A stretch of DNA of 64,000 nt from an uncultured Gammaproteobacteria bacterium (GCA_965231135.1 OZ246419.1:184754-248753), one strand, 5' to 3'; positions 19,225 to 29,461 are shown, counted from the stretch's first letter. Notes: generated by a model not told the origin, from the sequence alone. Numbers and translations are program-made.

Positions 19225-19980
19225 TTATTTATTATTCAAAGGAGCAACTAATGGTTTAACGCGGGAGTAAGCTTGAAGAAGAAGCCATCTATCAATTTCA
19301 ATTCCTGGAATTAAGGAAAGTCTGTAACCACGGCCTTCTTTGAAGTTTTCAAGTCCTTGTAGGTTTTCAAAAGAACGCACGATTCTTGCACCCTGGGTTA
19401 GTCCAATTATTATGGTAGGATATATAGGGTAAGCTTCGCCGGCTATTATACTTCCAAAACATAATACAATTTGAAATCCATCCAGTTTGTCAGTTAGAGT
19501 GGTCTTACTAAGAAGTAAGTGTTCAGTGCCTTGTTTTCTAATTGCCTGTTTTATAGCTAAATTAATTTGATTAGACCATTCTGAGGAATTTTTGGTTGCT
19601 AAACCTTTGTCGTTTATTCTTTGTCTTATTTCACTTGTGTTTAAGTTAACTTGTAACTCTGGCCATGAGTAATGTTTACTATTTCCCTTTATATGTTTAT
19701 CTGGATTCAATTCATTTGATTGTATTGCAACTTCGTTTACTTTAGTTGCACCCATAATTGCAGAGTTTCCAGATCTGCCTATAATTTGAGCTTCGACAGA
19801 AGATACGTCACCATTATTTTTACTTACTATTTTTAAATGTCGGAATCCTGCTAAATGTATTAATTGTGTTGCATAAGTTGTGTCTATGCCGATTGAATCT
19901 TCTTGACCGTAAGGAAGCTGAACTTCAGTTCTGACACGGGAACTTTGGGCATTACCTATTGATTGTATTCTTTCTCCCAC
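19225..19980 (-). CDS. hypothetical protein
   Basis: 251-aa ORF with hydrophobic segment; TATAAT 7 nt before GTG. Confidence 0.65.
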   Translation of the reverse strand: MGERIQSIGNAQSSRVRTEVQLPYGQEDSIGIDTTYATQLIHLAGFRHLKIVSKNNGDVSSVEAQIIGRSGNSAIMGATKVNEVAIQSNELNPDKHIKGNSKHYSWPELQVNLNTSEIRQRINDKGLATKNSSEWSNQINLAIKQAIRKQGTEHLLLSKTTLTDKLDGFQIVLCFGSIIAGEAYPIYPTIIIGLTQGARIVRSFENLQGLENFKEGRGYRLSLIPGIEIDRWLLLQAYSRVKPLVAPLNNK

Positions 19981-20038
19981 AGATGAGATTATAAGTTAAT
20001 TATAAAGTTTTATCAATTATGGTAAGCTTAGTTGGAAT

Positions 20039-21079
20039 ATGGCTCTCAATAATTCTGATTTAAATAATTTAGAAGATAAAATAAATAAAACATATTTACC
20101 TGAAGAACTGAGATCTCAAGTAAATGTGAAACTTAATCAACTTGATAAACTTAGTGGAACTGATGCATTTTTAACTGAAGTAGACAGATTAACCAGTTAT
20201 GTTGATTGGATCACTTCCCTACCTTGGCAAAATCGTACGAAAGATATTTTAGATTTAGATTATGCAAAGAAAGTTTTAGATTCACATCATTATGGCCTTG
20301 GAGAAATTAAAGACAGAATTTTTGAATATTTGTCTGTAATGAAACTAAAAGGAGCCGATACGAAAGATATAGCGAGAGCTCCAATTCTTTGCTTTGTGGG
20401 ACTTGTTGGAACTGGAAAAACGACAATTGCTTTAAGCATTGCTGAAGCTATGGGACGAAAGTTTGCAAGAATTCCCTTTGGAGGAATGGGAGATCCGCTT
20501 GATCTTCGCGGACAATCAAGACTTCATCCTGAAGCAGAACCGGGAAAAATTATAAAAGCACTTCGCACTTGCGGCAGTAAGAATCCTGTAATACTTCTTG
20601 ATGAAATTGATCGTGTAACTGCTGAGGGACGTTCATCGATCATGGGAGTTTTGGTTGAACTTCTTGATCCTGGACAAAATAGTGCATTTGTTGATCATTA
20701 CATAGATTTCCCATTTGATTTGTCTGAAGTGCTTTTTATTGCAACAGCAAATAATACAACAAATATTGCGACAGCAGTATTGGATCGCCTTGAGCCATTA
20801 CAAATGCCAAGTTATACAGATCAGGAAAAAATTATGATTGCAAGGCAATATGTCCTTCCGCATAAAATGAAAGAAGCAGGATTAACTGATCAACAGCTTT
20901 CGTTTGATGAAAATGTTTGGCCGCAAATTGTAAGACCACTTGGCTATGACGGCGGAATTCGTACACTTGAGAGAACAATTGATGGAGTTGTCCGTAAAGT
21001 TGCGAGAGAAATTGTGGAAGGAAAGTCGCAAAGCGTCACGATCTCCCCTACTAATGCCAAGAATTATTTACCACAATGA
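20039..21079 (+). CDS. Lon-like AAA+ ATPase lacking N-terminal and protease domains
   Basis: SLPW, HHYGL..IKDRI, GLVGTGKT, LLDEIDR, FDLSEVLFIATAN; ends before the Ser-Lys protease domain. Confidence 0.85.
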   Translation: MALNNSDLNNLEDKINKTYLPEELRSQVNVKLNQLDKLSGTDAFLTEVDRLTSYVDWITSLPWQNRTKDILDLDYAKKVLDSHHYGLGEIKDRIFEYLSVMKLKGADTKDIARAPILCFVGLVGTGKTTIALSIAEAMGRKFARIPFGGMGDPLDLRGQSRLHPEAEPGKIIKALRTCGSKNPVILLDEIDRVTAEGRSSIMGVLVELLDPGQNSAFVDHYIDFPFDLSEVLFIATANNTTNIATAVLDRLEPLQMPSYTDQEKIMIARQYVLPHKMKEAGLTDQQLSFDENVWPQIVRPLGYDGGIRTLERTIDGVVRKVAREIVEGKSQSVTISPTNAKNYLPQ

Positions 21080-21678
21080 GTAAAAGAGAAGAACTTACTA
21101 AACTTCGAGAGGAAATGCTTAAGGATGATCTGCTTCCACTTAAAAATGGCGCGACGAATCTGGTTTTTGGAAACGGCACACCAAACAGCAAAATACTTTT
21201 TATTGGCGAGGGGCCAGGGTTTAATGAAGATCAACAAGGATTGCCGTTTGTGGGAGCGGCAGGAAAATTACTTGATAAAACTTTGGAATCTATAGGACTA
21301 CATAGAAAAGATGTCTTTGTAACAAATGTGGTGCATCACCGGCCGCCGGAAAATCGCGATCCTCTTCCTGAAGAGCTTGGTGCTTATGGAAAATATTTAG
21401 ATAAAATTATTGAAATAATAAAACCAAAGGTGATTGTGACTTTGGGAAGATTTAGTATGGGGAAATTTTTGTCTGAAGTAAAAATCAGCACTGTTCATGG
21501 AAAAGAAAAAAGAATAAAATGGCATAACTTGAATTTAGTTGTGGTGCCGATGTATCATCCTGCAGCAGCACTTCGAAACGGAAATATGATGACAAGCTTT
21601 AAAGAAGATTTTTTGAAATTACCAAAAATTATTGAAGAGAATACAAAAGAAGAAATGAAACAAGATAGTTTAATATGA
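21076..21678 (+). CDS. uracil-DNA glycosylase family 4
   Basis: IGEGPG.NED..G.PFVGAAG, RPPENRDP, MYHPAA. Confidence 0.93.
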   Translation: MSKREELTKLREEMLKDDLLPLKNGATNLVFGNGTPNSKILFIGEGPGFNEDQQGLPFVGAAGKLLDKTLESIGLHRKDVFVTNVVHHRPPENRDPLPEELGAYGKYLDKIIEIIKPKVIVTLGRFSMGKFLSEVKISTVHGKEKRIKWHNLNLVVVPMYHPAAALRNGNMMTSFKEDFLKLPKIIEENTKEEMKQDSLI

Positions 21679-23351
21679 GTCTTAAATTTATACCAATATC
21701 TGGAACAACTGGAGTTACTGAGAACTGCTATGTCTATGAGTCAGGTGACTCAATGATTGTAGTTGACTGCGGAGTTGGTTTTCCAGAACCTGAAATGTAC
21801 GGAGTTGATTTAATTATTCCGGACTTTACTTATATAAAAGAAAATAAAAATAAATTGAAGGGAATTTTTATTACTCATGGGCATGAAGATCATATTGGTG
21901 CTCTCCCCTTTTTACTTAAAGATGTTCAAGCTCCGATTTATGCAACTAAGTTAGTGGCAGCTTTTATTCAAGATAAATTTGAGGACTATGAAACTGCCGC
22001 TCCTAAAGTCACAATAATTGATCCGGAGAAAGATGTGATTGCGGCAGGGCCTTTTAAAGTAAGCAGTTTTAGAATTTCACACAGCGTTCCGGACGGCGTT
22101 GGTTTTTGTATAGAAACTCCCGAAGGAAAAGCTTTCCATGTACCGGATTATAAATTTGACTGGACCCCAGTTGACGGAAGACCTTTTGATGTACAACGAG
22201 CTGCTATTTTGGCTGCGGGAGGAAATACTTTAATGCTTGCATCTGATGCACTTGGAGCGACGAGCCCGGGCCATACTGAAAGCGAAGCTTCGCTTGAGGG
22301 GAAAATTTACAATATTGCTGAGAAAGCAAAAGGGCAAATATTTTTTACAACTATTTCTTCAAACATATCGCGCATGCAGCAAGCAATTAATGTGGCACAA
22401 AAACTAAACCGTAAAGTTGTTTTTGTGGGACGTTCGATAGATCGAAAAGCAAATATTGCGAAGAACTTAGGGTTTTTGAGTTATCCAAATGGTTTAGTTA
22501 TAAGTGCCAAGCAGGCAGGAAAGCTAAATGATAAGCGGAGCTTGTCACTTCGTGATAATCAAATAATGTACATAATATCAGGAAGTTATGGGCAGCCAGG
22601 AAGTGCACTTTATCGTGTTGCTTTAAATGAGCATGAATTTTTAAGTATTGCTAAAGATGATGTGGTGATATTTTCTTCAGATCCTGCGCCGCCAGGGAGC
22701 AAAACAAATGTTGATTTTGTAGTAGATCATATTATCGAAGACGGAGCTGATGTGCATTATTATGATTTACAGGAAGATCTTCATGTATCAGGACACGGGT
22801 GTATTGAGGATATTAAATTTTTATTTGGAATAATTAAACCAAAATATTTTGTGCCAATTGGAGGAACGATAAGACATAACAGAGAATATGCTCGAATAGC
22901 TGAAGATATGGGAAATGATATTCGTAATGTATTTCAATTAAAAGAAGGAGATGTTTTAGAATTTATAAACAAAAATGCACAAATTAATGGACATATTCCT
23001 GTAAAAAGCGTTTTAGTTGACGGACTTGGAGTTGGCGATGTTGGAAATGTAGTACTACGAGACCGCAATGTTTTAGCGAGAGAAGGAGTTGCAATTGCGA
23101 TAATACAAGTAGACTCTGCTACGCAAAAGATTGTAGATGCACCGGAAATAATTTCAAGAGGATTTGTATTCAGCGGAAAAAGTACTGGGCTACTTCAGGA
23201 AGCAGGAAAGGCTCTGATGCAGAATTTACAAAAGAAAAATCAGATGGATGGAAAGGTGGCGAAGGATGCAAGCGTTGATTTTCTTGAAAGATATTTCTTT
23301 GAGAAACTGCAGAGAAGGCCAATGATTTTACCTGTGATTGTGGAAGTATGA
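21675..23351 (+). CDS. rnj: ribonuclease J
   Basis: THGHEDHIG, HSVPD, LHVSGH, RRPMILPVI. Confidence 0.96.
   Translation: MSLKFIPISGTTGVTENCYVYESGDSMIVVDCGVGFPEPEMYGVDLIIPDFTYIKENKNKLKGIFITHGHEDHIGALPFLLKDVQAPIYATKLVAAFIQDKFEDYETAAPKVTIIDPEKDVIAAGPFKVSSFRISHSVPDGVGFCIETPEGKAFHVPDYKFDWTPVDGRPFDVQRAAILAAGGNTLMLASDALGATSPGHTESEASLEGKIYNIAEKAKGQIFFTTISSNISRMQQAINVAQKLNRKVVFVGRSIDRKANIAKNLGFLSYPNGLVISAKQAGKLNDKRSLSLRDNQIMYIISGSYGQPGSALYRVALNEHEFLSIAKDDVVIFSSDPAPPGSKTNVDFVVDHIIEDGADVHYYDLQEDLHVSGHGCIEDIKFLFGIIKPKYFVPIGGTIRHNREYARIAEDMGNDIRNVFQLKEGDVLEFINKNAQINGHIPVKSVLVDGLGVGDVGNVVLRDRNVLAREGVAIAIIQVDSATQKIVDAPEIISRGFVFSGKSTGLLQEAGKALMQNLQKKNQMDGKVAKDASVDFLERYFFEKLQRRPMILPVIVEV
22531..22558 (+). 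repeat. double-hairpin element inserted in frame in rnj
   Basis: ATAAGC-GGA-GCTTGT-CAC-TTC-GTG-ATAA; 24 nt between GATAA repeats. Confidence 0.88.
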
Positions 23352-23729
23352 AGAAATATTATTGTTTGGGTCAACGTAATCTTCAAGAAATTCTCCGTCA
23401 TCTCCTAATTTTATTTTTTCTCTACTTTTTCGTTTAGGTTTTTCAGGTTGATAGTTTAATGATTGTTTTAGTTTGTTTACTTTACTGTTTATTCTGTTTT
23501 GAATGAATAAATTTATTATTTCATAAGTGGTATTTAGTCCCCAAGTAATTACAGCAGTTTCATAGATAAATGTAGAGGTGGGAATGTGAGATTGATTGTT
23601 ATATAAAAGTGCCATAAATTCTGAGAGTTGTGTTATTCCCTGTATAATTAAAACGTTTCCTCTTGTTTTGCTTTGCTCTTGTAGTTTTCCTAATTCAACT
23701 GCTTGTTGTAGTTGTTCGTTTTCTAACAT
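23328..23729 (-). CDS. hypothetical protein
   Basis: 133-aa ORF convergent on rnj; TGTTATAAT upstream. Confidence 0.55.
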   Translation of the reverse strand: MLENEQLQQAVELGKLQEQSKTRGNVLIIQGITQLSEFMALLYNNQSHIPTSTFIYETAVITWGLNTTYEIINLFIQNRINSKVNKLKQSLNYQPEKPKRKSREKIKLGDDGEFLEDYVDPNNNISSYFHNHR

Positions 23730-23788
23730 TTGTGAAAGGATTATAACAAATTATGATTTGAATATGTAGCTTTGTGCTAAAATGAATT

Positions 23789-25903
23789 ATGGCTCGTGAA
23801 CCCGTAAAAAAGCGCAAGGATAAGCGCGCTTATAAAATGAAAATGAAGCCTGAGACGGCTCAGAGTCTTGCCCAGATACTTTTTTTTGCACTTGCAGGAC
23901 TTGTTGTTGTTTCATTTTCTCGGGAAGGATTGATACTTGTTAAGTTAAACGACTATCTTCTACAGTTTTTTTCCTGGACTGCTATTTTTTTACCTTTTAT
24001 TTTTGTTGCTTGCGCTTTCTTTCTATCGAAATTTAAAAGGCCTTTGGGACAGCCAAATGTGATTGTAGGATTTTTGCTTTTTTTTATTTCATTAAATGCA
24101 ATTGTACAAGGAGGCCAAATTGGGGAAACTACTTTTGGATCAGTTGCTGCACTTCTTACAAATATTGGAGCATTTATAATGTATCTGGGAGTAATGATTA
24201 TTGGAATAATCATTTTATTTGATACTTCGCTTGATACAATACTTGCTTTGATTGCAAAAGGACTAATAAAGTTGAAGGGTTATATTTTGGGAGATAAAAC
24301 TCTGGCGACTATAAATTTGAAAGATAAAAGTGAATTGAAAGTCATAGGAGCCACTTCTTCTACAGAGAATCAAACACAAAAACAGAACACAGCGCCTGCT
24401 CAAAAAACTTCAGAAATGGAACAGAAAATTATTAGTAATGTTCCTGGCGAAACCAAAGTTTGGAAGTATCCTCCAAAATCTATTTTGACTCAGACTCAAG
24501 CAGGGCATGCTGACCGAGGCGATATAAAAGGCAATGCAAAAATTATTGAGCAAACACTCGAATCTTTTGGAGTGACAGCGCGCGTTGTTGAAGTAAACTT
24601 GGGACCTGCAGTTACTCAGTATGCACTTGAAGTAGCTCTTGGAACAAAACTTGCAAAAATTACAGGACTTGAGCGTGATTTGGCGAGAGCACTATCTTCT
24701 CCAACTGGAGCAATAAGAATTGAAGCGCCAATTCCCGGGCGAAACTTAGTGGGTATTGAACTTCCAAACAGAATGGCTGAATTTGTACCAATGAAGAAAA
24801 TGATGGATAGCGAGACTATGCAAAACGCTAAAAGCAAACTTGCTGTTGCTCTTGGATTTGATGTGACTGGAAAACCAATAATTGCTGATATTGGAAAAAT
24901 GCCACATGTACTTATTGCTGGACAAACAGGAAGCGGAAAATCTGTCTGTATAAATACTTTTTTGGCATCATTACTTTTTAGAGCATCACCAGCAGAACTT
25001 AAACTAATTCTTGTTGATCCGAAACGGGTTGAGCTTACTGGATATAATAATATTCCCCATTTGCTTACGCCAGTGATTGTTGAGCCGGAAAAAGTTGTTT
25101 CGGCGCTTCGTTGGCTGATGGCAGAAATGGACAGGCGATATAAACTTTTTGCTGAAGCTGGGGCGCGCAATATTGACGGATATAATGAAATGAGCGGATT
25201 TCAAGCACTTCCGTATATAGTTTTATTTATTGATGAGTTGGCTGATATTATGCTTTTTTCACCTGTAGAAGTTGAAGACTCCATAACTCGTATTGCGCAA
25301 ATGTCACGAGCTGTGGGAATCCATATGGTCCTTGCAACTCAGAGACCTTCAGTTGATGTTATTACAGGGCTTATTAAAGCAAATGTTCCAACTCGTATTG
25401 CTTTTGCTGTTTCGTCTTTAGTTGATTCAAGAGTTATTCTTGACACTCAAGGAGCTGAAAAATTATTGGGTAAAGGAGACATGCTTTATTTGCCACCGGA
25501 ATCTGCAAAGCCTGCACGTATTCAGGGAGCATTTGTTTCTGATAAAGAAATTGCAGATTTGGTGACATTTATTAAAAATGAAGGAGTGCCAACACAATAT
25601 ACTGAAGAAGTTACATCGATGTCTAAGGCTGGGCCTGGAGGAGCATCTTCTTCGGTTCCTGGAGCACCTGCTGATGCTGATGATTTATTTGCAGAGAGCG
25701 TGAGACTTATTTGCCAATATGACAAAGCTTCTGCTTCGTTACTTCAGCGAAGACTTTCAATTGGATATGCAAGAGCTGCACGTATACTTGATCAACTTGA
25801 AGCTGCTGGGGTTGTAGGACCTGCTGACGGAGCAAAACCACGCGAGGTGAAAATAAAAGATGCAGAAAGCTTTTTAAGCGGCGGACAAGCGGCTTCGGAA
25901 TAA
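23789..25903 (+). CDS. ftsK: DNA translocase FtsK/SpoIIIE
   Basis: TM region, PHVLIAGQTGSGKS, IDELAD, LATQRPS, gamma domain LQRRLSIGYARAAR. Confidence 0.97.
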   Translation: MAREPVKKRKDKRAYKMKMKPETAQSLAQILFFALAGLVVVSFSREGLILVKLNDYLLQFFSWTAIFLPFIFVACAFFLSKFKRPLGQPNVIVGFLLFFISLNAIVQGGQIGETTFGSVAALLTNIGAFIMYLGVMIIGIIILFDTSLDTILALIAKGLIKLKGYILGDKTLATINLKDKSELKVIGATSSTENQTQKQNTAPAQKTSEMEQKIISNVPGETKVWKYPPKSILTQTQAGHADRGDIKGNAKIIEQTLESFGVTARVVEVNLGPAVTQYALEVALGTKLAKITGLERDLARALSSPTGAIRIEAPIPGRNLVGIELPNRMAEFVPMKKMMDSETMQNAKSKLAVALGFDVTGKPIIADIGKMPHVLIAGQTGSGKSVCINTFLASLLFRASPAELKLILVDPKRVELTGYNNIPHLLTPVIVEPEKVVSALRWLMAEMDRRYKLFAEAGARNIDGYNEMSGFQALPYIVLFIDELADIMLFSPVEVEDSITRIAQMSRAVGIHMVLATQRPSVDVITGLIKANVPTRIAFAVSSLVDSRVILDTQGAEKLLGKGDMLYLPPESAKPARIQGAFVSDKEIADLVTFIKNEGVPTQYTEEVTSMSKAGPGGASSSVPGAPADADDLFAESVRLICQYDKASASLLQRRLSIGYARAARILDQLEAAGVVGPADGAKPREVKIKDAESFLSGGQAASE

Positions 25904-25916
25904 CTTCTGAGACATC

Positions 25917-26555
25917 ATGAAAACTATTGGAGATTTAATAAAACAGGCACGTTATAAAGAAAATCTATCTCGAAGCGATTTGGGAGAGATGACTCATATA
26001 CGTACTGAATTTATTGCTGCAATTGAAGAAGCAAACTGGGAGAAATTGCCGCCATTTAGTATTACAAATGGATTTGTAAAATCAATTGCGCATTTTTTGG
26101 ATATTGATGAGAATCAAGCAGTTTCAATTTTTCGCCGTAGCTATCCCCCATCTTTGATAAAAATAGTTGATAAGCCAAAAAATTTTAAAGAAGTAAGACG
26201 GAGATTTAGCTGGGGTCCGCGTATGACTTTTATTGTTGGAGTTTTAATTATTATTTTAATTGTTGTCGGATACCTTGGATTTCAATATAGGAAATTTAAT
26301 AGTTCACCAAATTTAATAGTAAACAATCCGACACAAAATGAAATAATTAACCAACCTGAAGTGAATGTAAATGGAAAGACAGATCCTGATGCAACTGTCA
26401 TTATTAATGGGCAAAGCGTAATAGTGAATGATGACGGAAGCTTTGCGGCACAAGTTGATGTTGCAACTGACACAAAAGAAATTGATATTACGGCAAAATC
26501 TAGGGCTGGAAAAGTGAGCACTGTCGCGCGTACAATTAAGGTCCTGTTACAATAA
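25917..26555 (+). CDS. RodZ-like HTH membrane protein with C-terminal Ig-like domain
   Basis: MKTIGDLIKQAR...IAAIE..GFVKSIA, TM, VNGKTDPDATVIING; follows ftsK. Confidence 0.8.
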   Translation: MKTIGDLIKQARYKENLSRSDLGEMTHIRTEFIAAIEEANWEKLPPFSITNGFVKSIAHFLDIDENQAVSIFRRSYPPSLIKIVDKPKNFKEVRRRFSWGPRMTFIVGVLIIILIVVGYLGFQYRKFNSSPNLIVNNPTQNEIINQPEVNVNGKTDPDATVIINGQSVIVNDDGSFAAQVDVATDTKEIDITAKSRAGKVSTVARTIKVLLQ

Positions 26556-26559
26556 GATT

Positions 26560-26799
26560 ATGAGTGGAGTAGAAACTTTATTAACAATTGTCGTTGTAGC
26601 TTTAGCGATACTTTTTATTTTTGTGGGAGTTCAAGTGACTTTAGTCATACTTGATTTAAGACGCACGATAAGAAGATTAAATAGTTTACTTGAAGATGCA
26701 ATTTTGGGTGGAGGATTAATAAGACCTGATAAATTAACTGGAGTGTTGGAGTTTTTTAGAAAGAAAAGGGAAACAGGCAGCCACGGACAGCAAATTTAA
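26560..26799 (+). CDS. small membrane protein
   Basis: single TM; TGTTACAAT 6 nt upstream of ATG. Confidence 0.65.
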   Translation: MSGVETLLTIVVVALAILFIFVGVQVTLVILDLRRTIRRLNSLLEDAILGGGLIRPDKLTGVLEFFRKKRETGSHGQQI

Positions 26800-28625
26800 T
26801 TTATTTTATATCTGAAAACTCTTAAGGCGTTAAAAATTGGAAGAAAGTCAGTTGCAAAATTATAAGCTGCAGCACCTTGCGGACCTATAAAATTTCCAAA
26901 AACTAACCCAAGCCCTAATGCGTTTGTTGCTCCCCATAAAAAGAAATTTTGGCGAGCAATGTTTTTAGTGTATTTGCTTAAATTGATTGCAGTCGTGAGT
27001 TTTAACAAATTATCTTGCATTAGAGCAATATCTGCTGACTCGATTGCGCTATCTGCTCCAATTGCTCCCATTGCTATTCCAATATCGGCAAGCTTAAGAC
27101 TTGCAGCGTCATTGACACCATCGCCAACCATGGCAACCTTACCTTTAGAGGATTTCAGGTAGGACTTGATGTAATTTAATTTGTCTTCAGGAAGAAGATT
27201 GGCATGAAATGTTTCTATGCCTACAACTTTCGCAACGCGAGCGGCGACTAAGTCATTATCTCCTGTAATCATGACAATATTTTTAACACCTTGATTTTTG
27301 AGAGCTGAGATAGTAATTCTTGCTTCAGGACGAATTTGATCTGCAAGAGTGAGGATTGATGCTAATTTTTTATTAACTGCCAGGTAAACGACCTGGAAAC
27401 CCTGGCTTTGATTTTCTTTTGCAATTTTCATCTCTTCATTTGTTATTTTTACTTTTTCATTCTTCATAAACTGAAGTTTGCCAGCAATAACCTCGCGCTT
27501 TCCAAAATTTGCTTTGATACCAAAACCTGCATACTCTTCAAATTTTTCTGGAGATTCTATTTTTAGACCATCGTTTTTTGCGTGAGCAATGATTGCTTTT
27601 GCTATTGGATGTTCTGAAACAGATTCAAGATCTGCGATAAGCTTGAGCGCTTCGTGACTTTTATATTTATTAAAGGTAATTATTTTTTCTGTTTTAACAT
27701 TGCCTTTGGTAAGAGTTCCTGTTTTATCAAATAAAACTGTTTCTAAATTAGATAAACCTTCAAGATATTCACTACCTTTGATAATTATTCCCTGTTTCCC
27801 AGCTTTTGCGATAGCCCCCCAAAAAGCCATGGGAATAGAAACTGCGATATCATCAGCACATGTTACAAGAAGAATGGATAAAATTAAATCAATATTTTTA
27901 GTGATCGTGAAAATAATAATTGAAAGAGATAAGGTTACTACTATATAAATAGTTGTGAATTTGTCGGCAACTCCCTGGATTCCCTGTTTTTCGTTTTGAG
28001 CATTTTTAATTAAGGAAACGATTTTCTCAAAAGTTGTATCTGCGCCGACTTTTTCTGTTTTAATCTCAAGCGATCCTGATAAATTTAAAGTGGAAGATAA
28101 AACTTTCTGGCCAACACTTTTAGTAACTGGCAATGATTCTCCGGTGAGGCTTGATTGATCAATACTGCCTTCACCTTCGATAATTTTTCCGTCGACTGGA
28201 ATTCTATCTCCTGCTTCAACAACTACAATATCTCCGACTTGAACTTTTTGTATGTCTACAGTTTTAATATCGCGGCCAACTTTTATTTTTACTTTTTCGG
28301 GGCGAAGCTTTAATAAACTTTTAACTGCATCATCTGCTTTGCTTCTCGTGTAATCTCCAAAAATTCTTGCACTGGTGATCATTAAATTAATAAAGGCAAC
28401 CGATGACCATTCCTGATGAATAAGAGAAACAAACAAAGCAATTGAAGCTAGTAAATCTACAGAAACTTTTTTGTCCTTCAGGGATTCTGCCGCACTAATT
28501 ATTACTGGAACTGTTGCAATAACGCCTACTATAGTTATTAGAGAATTTGACCAGGTGGATTTAAAAAGATAATAGAAGATTAGTGAAAGAATTAAAGAAA
28601 CAAGAATAGTAAAATTTATTTTCAT
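26796..28625 (-). CDS. heavy-metal-translocating P1B-type ATPase
   Basis: TGES, DKTGT, SEHP, TGDN, GDGVND motifs. Confidence 0.93.
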   Translation of the reverse strand: MKINFTILVSLILSLIFYYLFKSTWSNSLITIVGVIATVPVIISAAESLKDKKVSVDLLASIALFVSLIHQEWSSVAFINLMITSARIFGDYTRSKADDAVKSLLKLRPEKVKIKVGRDIKTVDIQKVQVGDIVVVEAGDRIPVDGKIIEGEGSIDQSSLTGESLPVTKSVGQKVLSSTLNLSGSLEIKTEKVGADTTFEKIVSLIKNAQNEKQGIQGVADKFTTIYIVVTLSLSIIIFTITKNIDLILSILLVTCADDIAVSIPMAFWGAIAKAGKQGIIIKGSEYLEGLSNLETVLFDKTGTLTKGNVKTEKIITFNKYKSHEALKLIADLESVSEHPIAKAIIAHAKNDGLKIESPEKFEEYAGFGIKANFGKREVIAGKLQFMKNEKVKITNEEMKIAKENQSQGFQVVYLAVNKKLASILTLADQIRPEARITISALKNQGVKNIVMITGDNDLVAARVAKVVGIETFHANLLPEDKLNYIKSYLKSSKGKVAMVGDGVNDAASLKLADIGIAMGAIGADSAIESADIALMQDNLLKLTTAINLSKYTKNIARQNFFLWGATNALGLGLVFGNFIGPQGAAAYNFATDFLPIFNALRVFRYKIN

Positions 28626-28652
28626 AAATTAATTATAGACGAAATTGAAGTT

Positions 28653-29110
28653 CTAAAGTTTGACTATATTGAAACCATCGACACCGTTGCCTGTAATATC
28701 TCCTGGATTTTTATCACTTGCAAAGTAGTAGAGAGGCATTCCACGCCACGCAAATTGTTTGCTGCCATCATCATCACTTCTTGTTATGACTGTAATTCCG
28801 TCTGGAAAACTCCCTTGGGCTGTTGCTTTTGAAGAATATGCTGGCCAAGCTTGCAAGCAACCTCCTGTGCAATTGCTAACTCCGTTTGTATCTTTGGCAT
28901 AAGTATAAAGAGTCATGCCTGCGAAATCTGTCATGTAATTTCCATATGACGCATTAGTTTTGGTTAAGTAAATATTGCTTGAGTCTGTTTGCGTATTAGG
29001 ACTAGTTTCGATACTTGTTTGAGTTGGTGGTTTTTCTGAGGTTATATGACTAGTTAGAAAACTGCAACTAAAAGAACTACTACTCCGATGCTTATATGAT
29101 TTACAATATA
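28653..29110 (-). pseudogene. COG4315-type secreted Y-x-(F/Y)-x-x-D repeat lipoprotein, 5'-decayed
   Basis: GMTLYTYAKD...CTGGC...WP and PLYYFASD..PGDITG are intact; TM IGVVVLLVAVF is out of frame at the A4 run 29058-29061; no start codon. Confidence 0.65.
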
Positions 29111-29114
29111 TTAA

Positions 29115-29420
29115 ATGGATACAAGGAAACAAGGATTACTTCAAGCTGCTGGCGTAACTTTATATTGTTTAGCTGTTGGACTTTTCTTTGGACAAGCAAA
29201 TAAATTTTTGCCAAAACAAGATTCGTTTTTGACTCCGATTGTAGTTTTAACTCTTTTTTGTGCATCTGCACTTATATGTGCTTTGATTGTATTTTATAAA
29301 CCTTATTTATTGTTTTTTGCCGGTAAGAAAACGCAAGCAATTGAAACTGTGATGTATACAGCAGCCTGTATATTTGCCTTTGCAGTTATTGGACTGATTG
29401 GATTAATTATTTTAGGATAG
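29115..29420 (+). CDS. small 3-TM membrane protein
   Basis: three hydrophobic helices; TACAAT 7 nt upstream of ATG. Confidence 0.7.
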   Translation: MDTRKQGLLQAAGVTLYCLAVGLFFGQANKFLPKQDSFLTPIVVLTLFCASALICALIVFYKPYLLFFAGKKTQAIETVMYTAACIFAFAVIGLIGLIILG

Positions 29421-29422
29421 GT

Positions 29423-29454
29423 ATAAGCTGAGCTTGTAACACTGCGTGTTATAA
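29423..29454 (+). repeat. double-hairpin element in alaS -10 box
   Basis: ATAAGC-TGA-GCTTGT-AACAC-TGC-GTGTT-ATAA, flanked by TATAA on both sides. Confidence 0.88.
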
Positions 29455-29461
29455 TAGCTTC

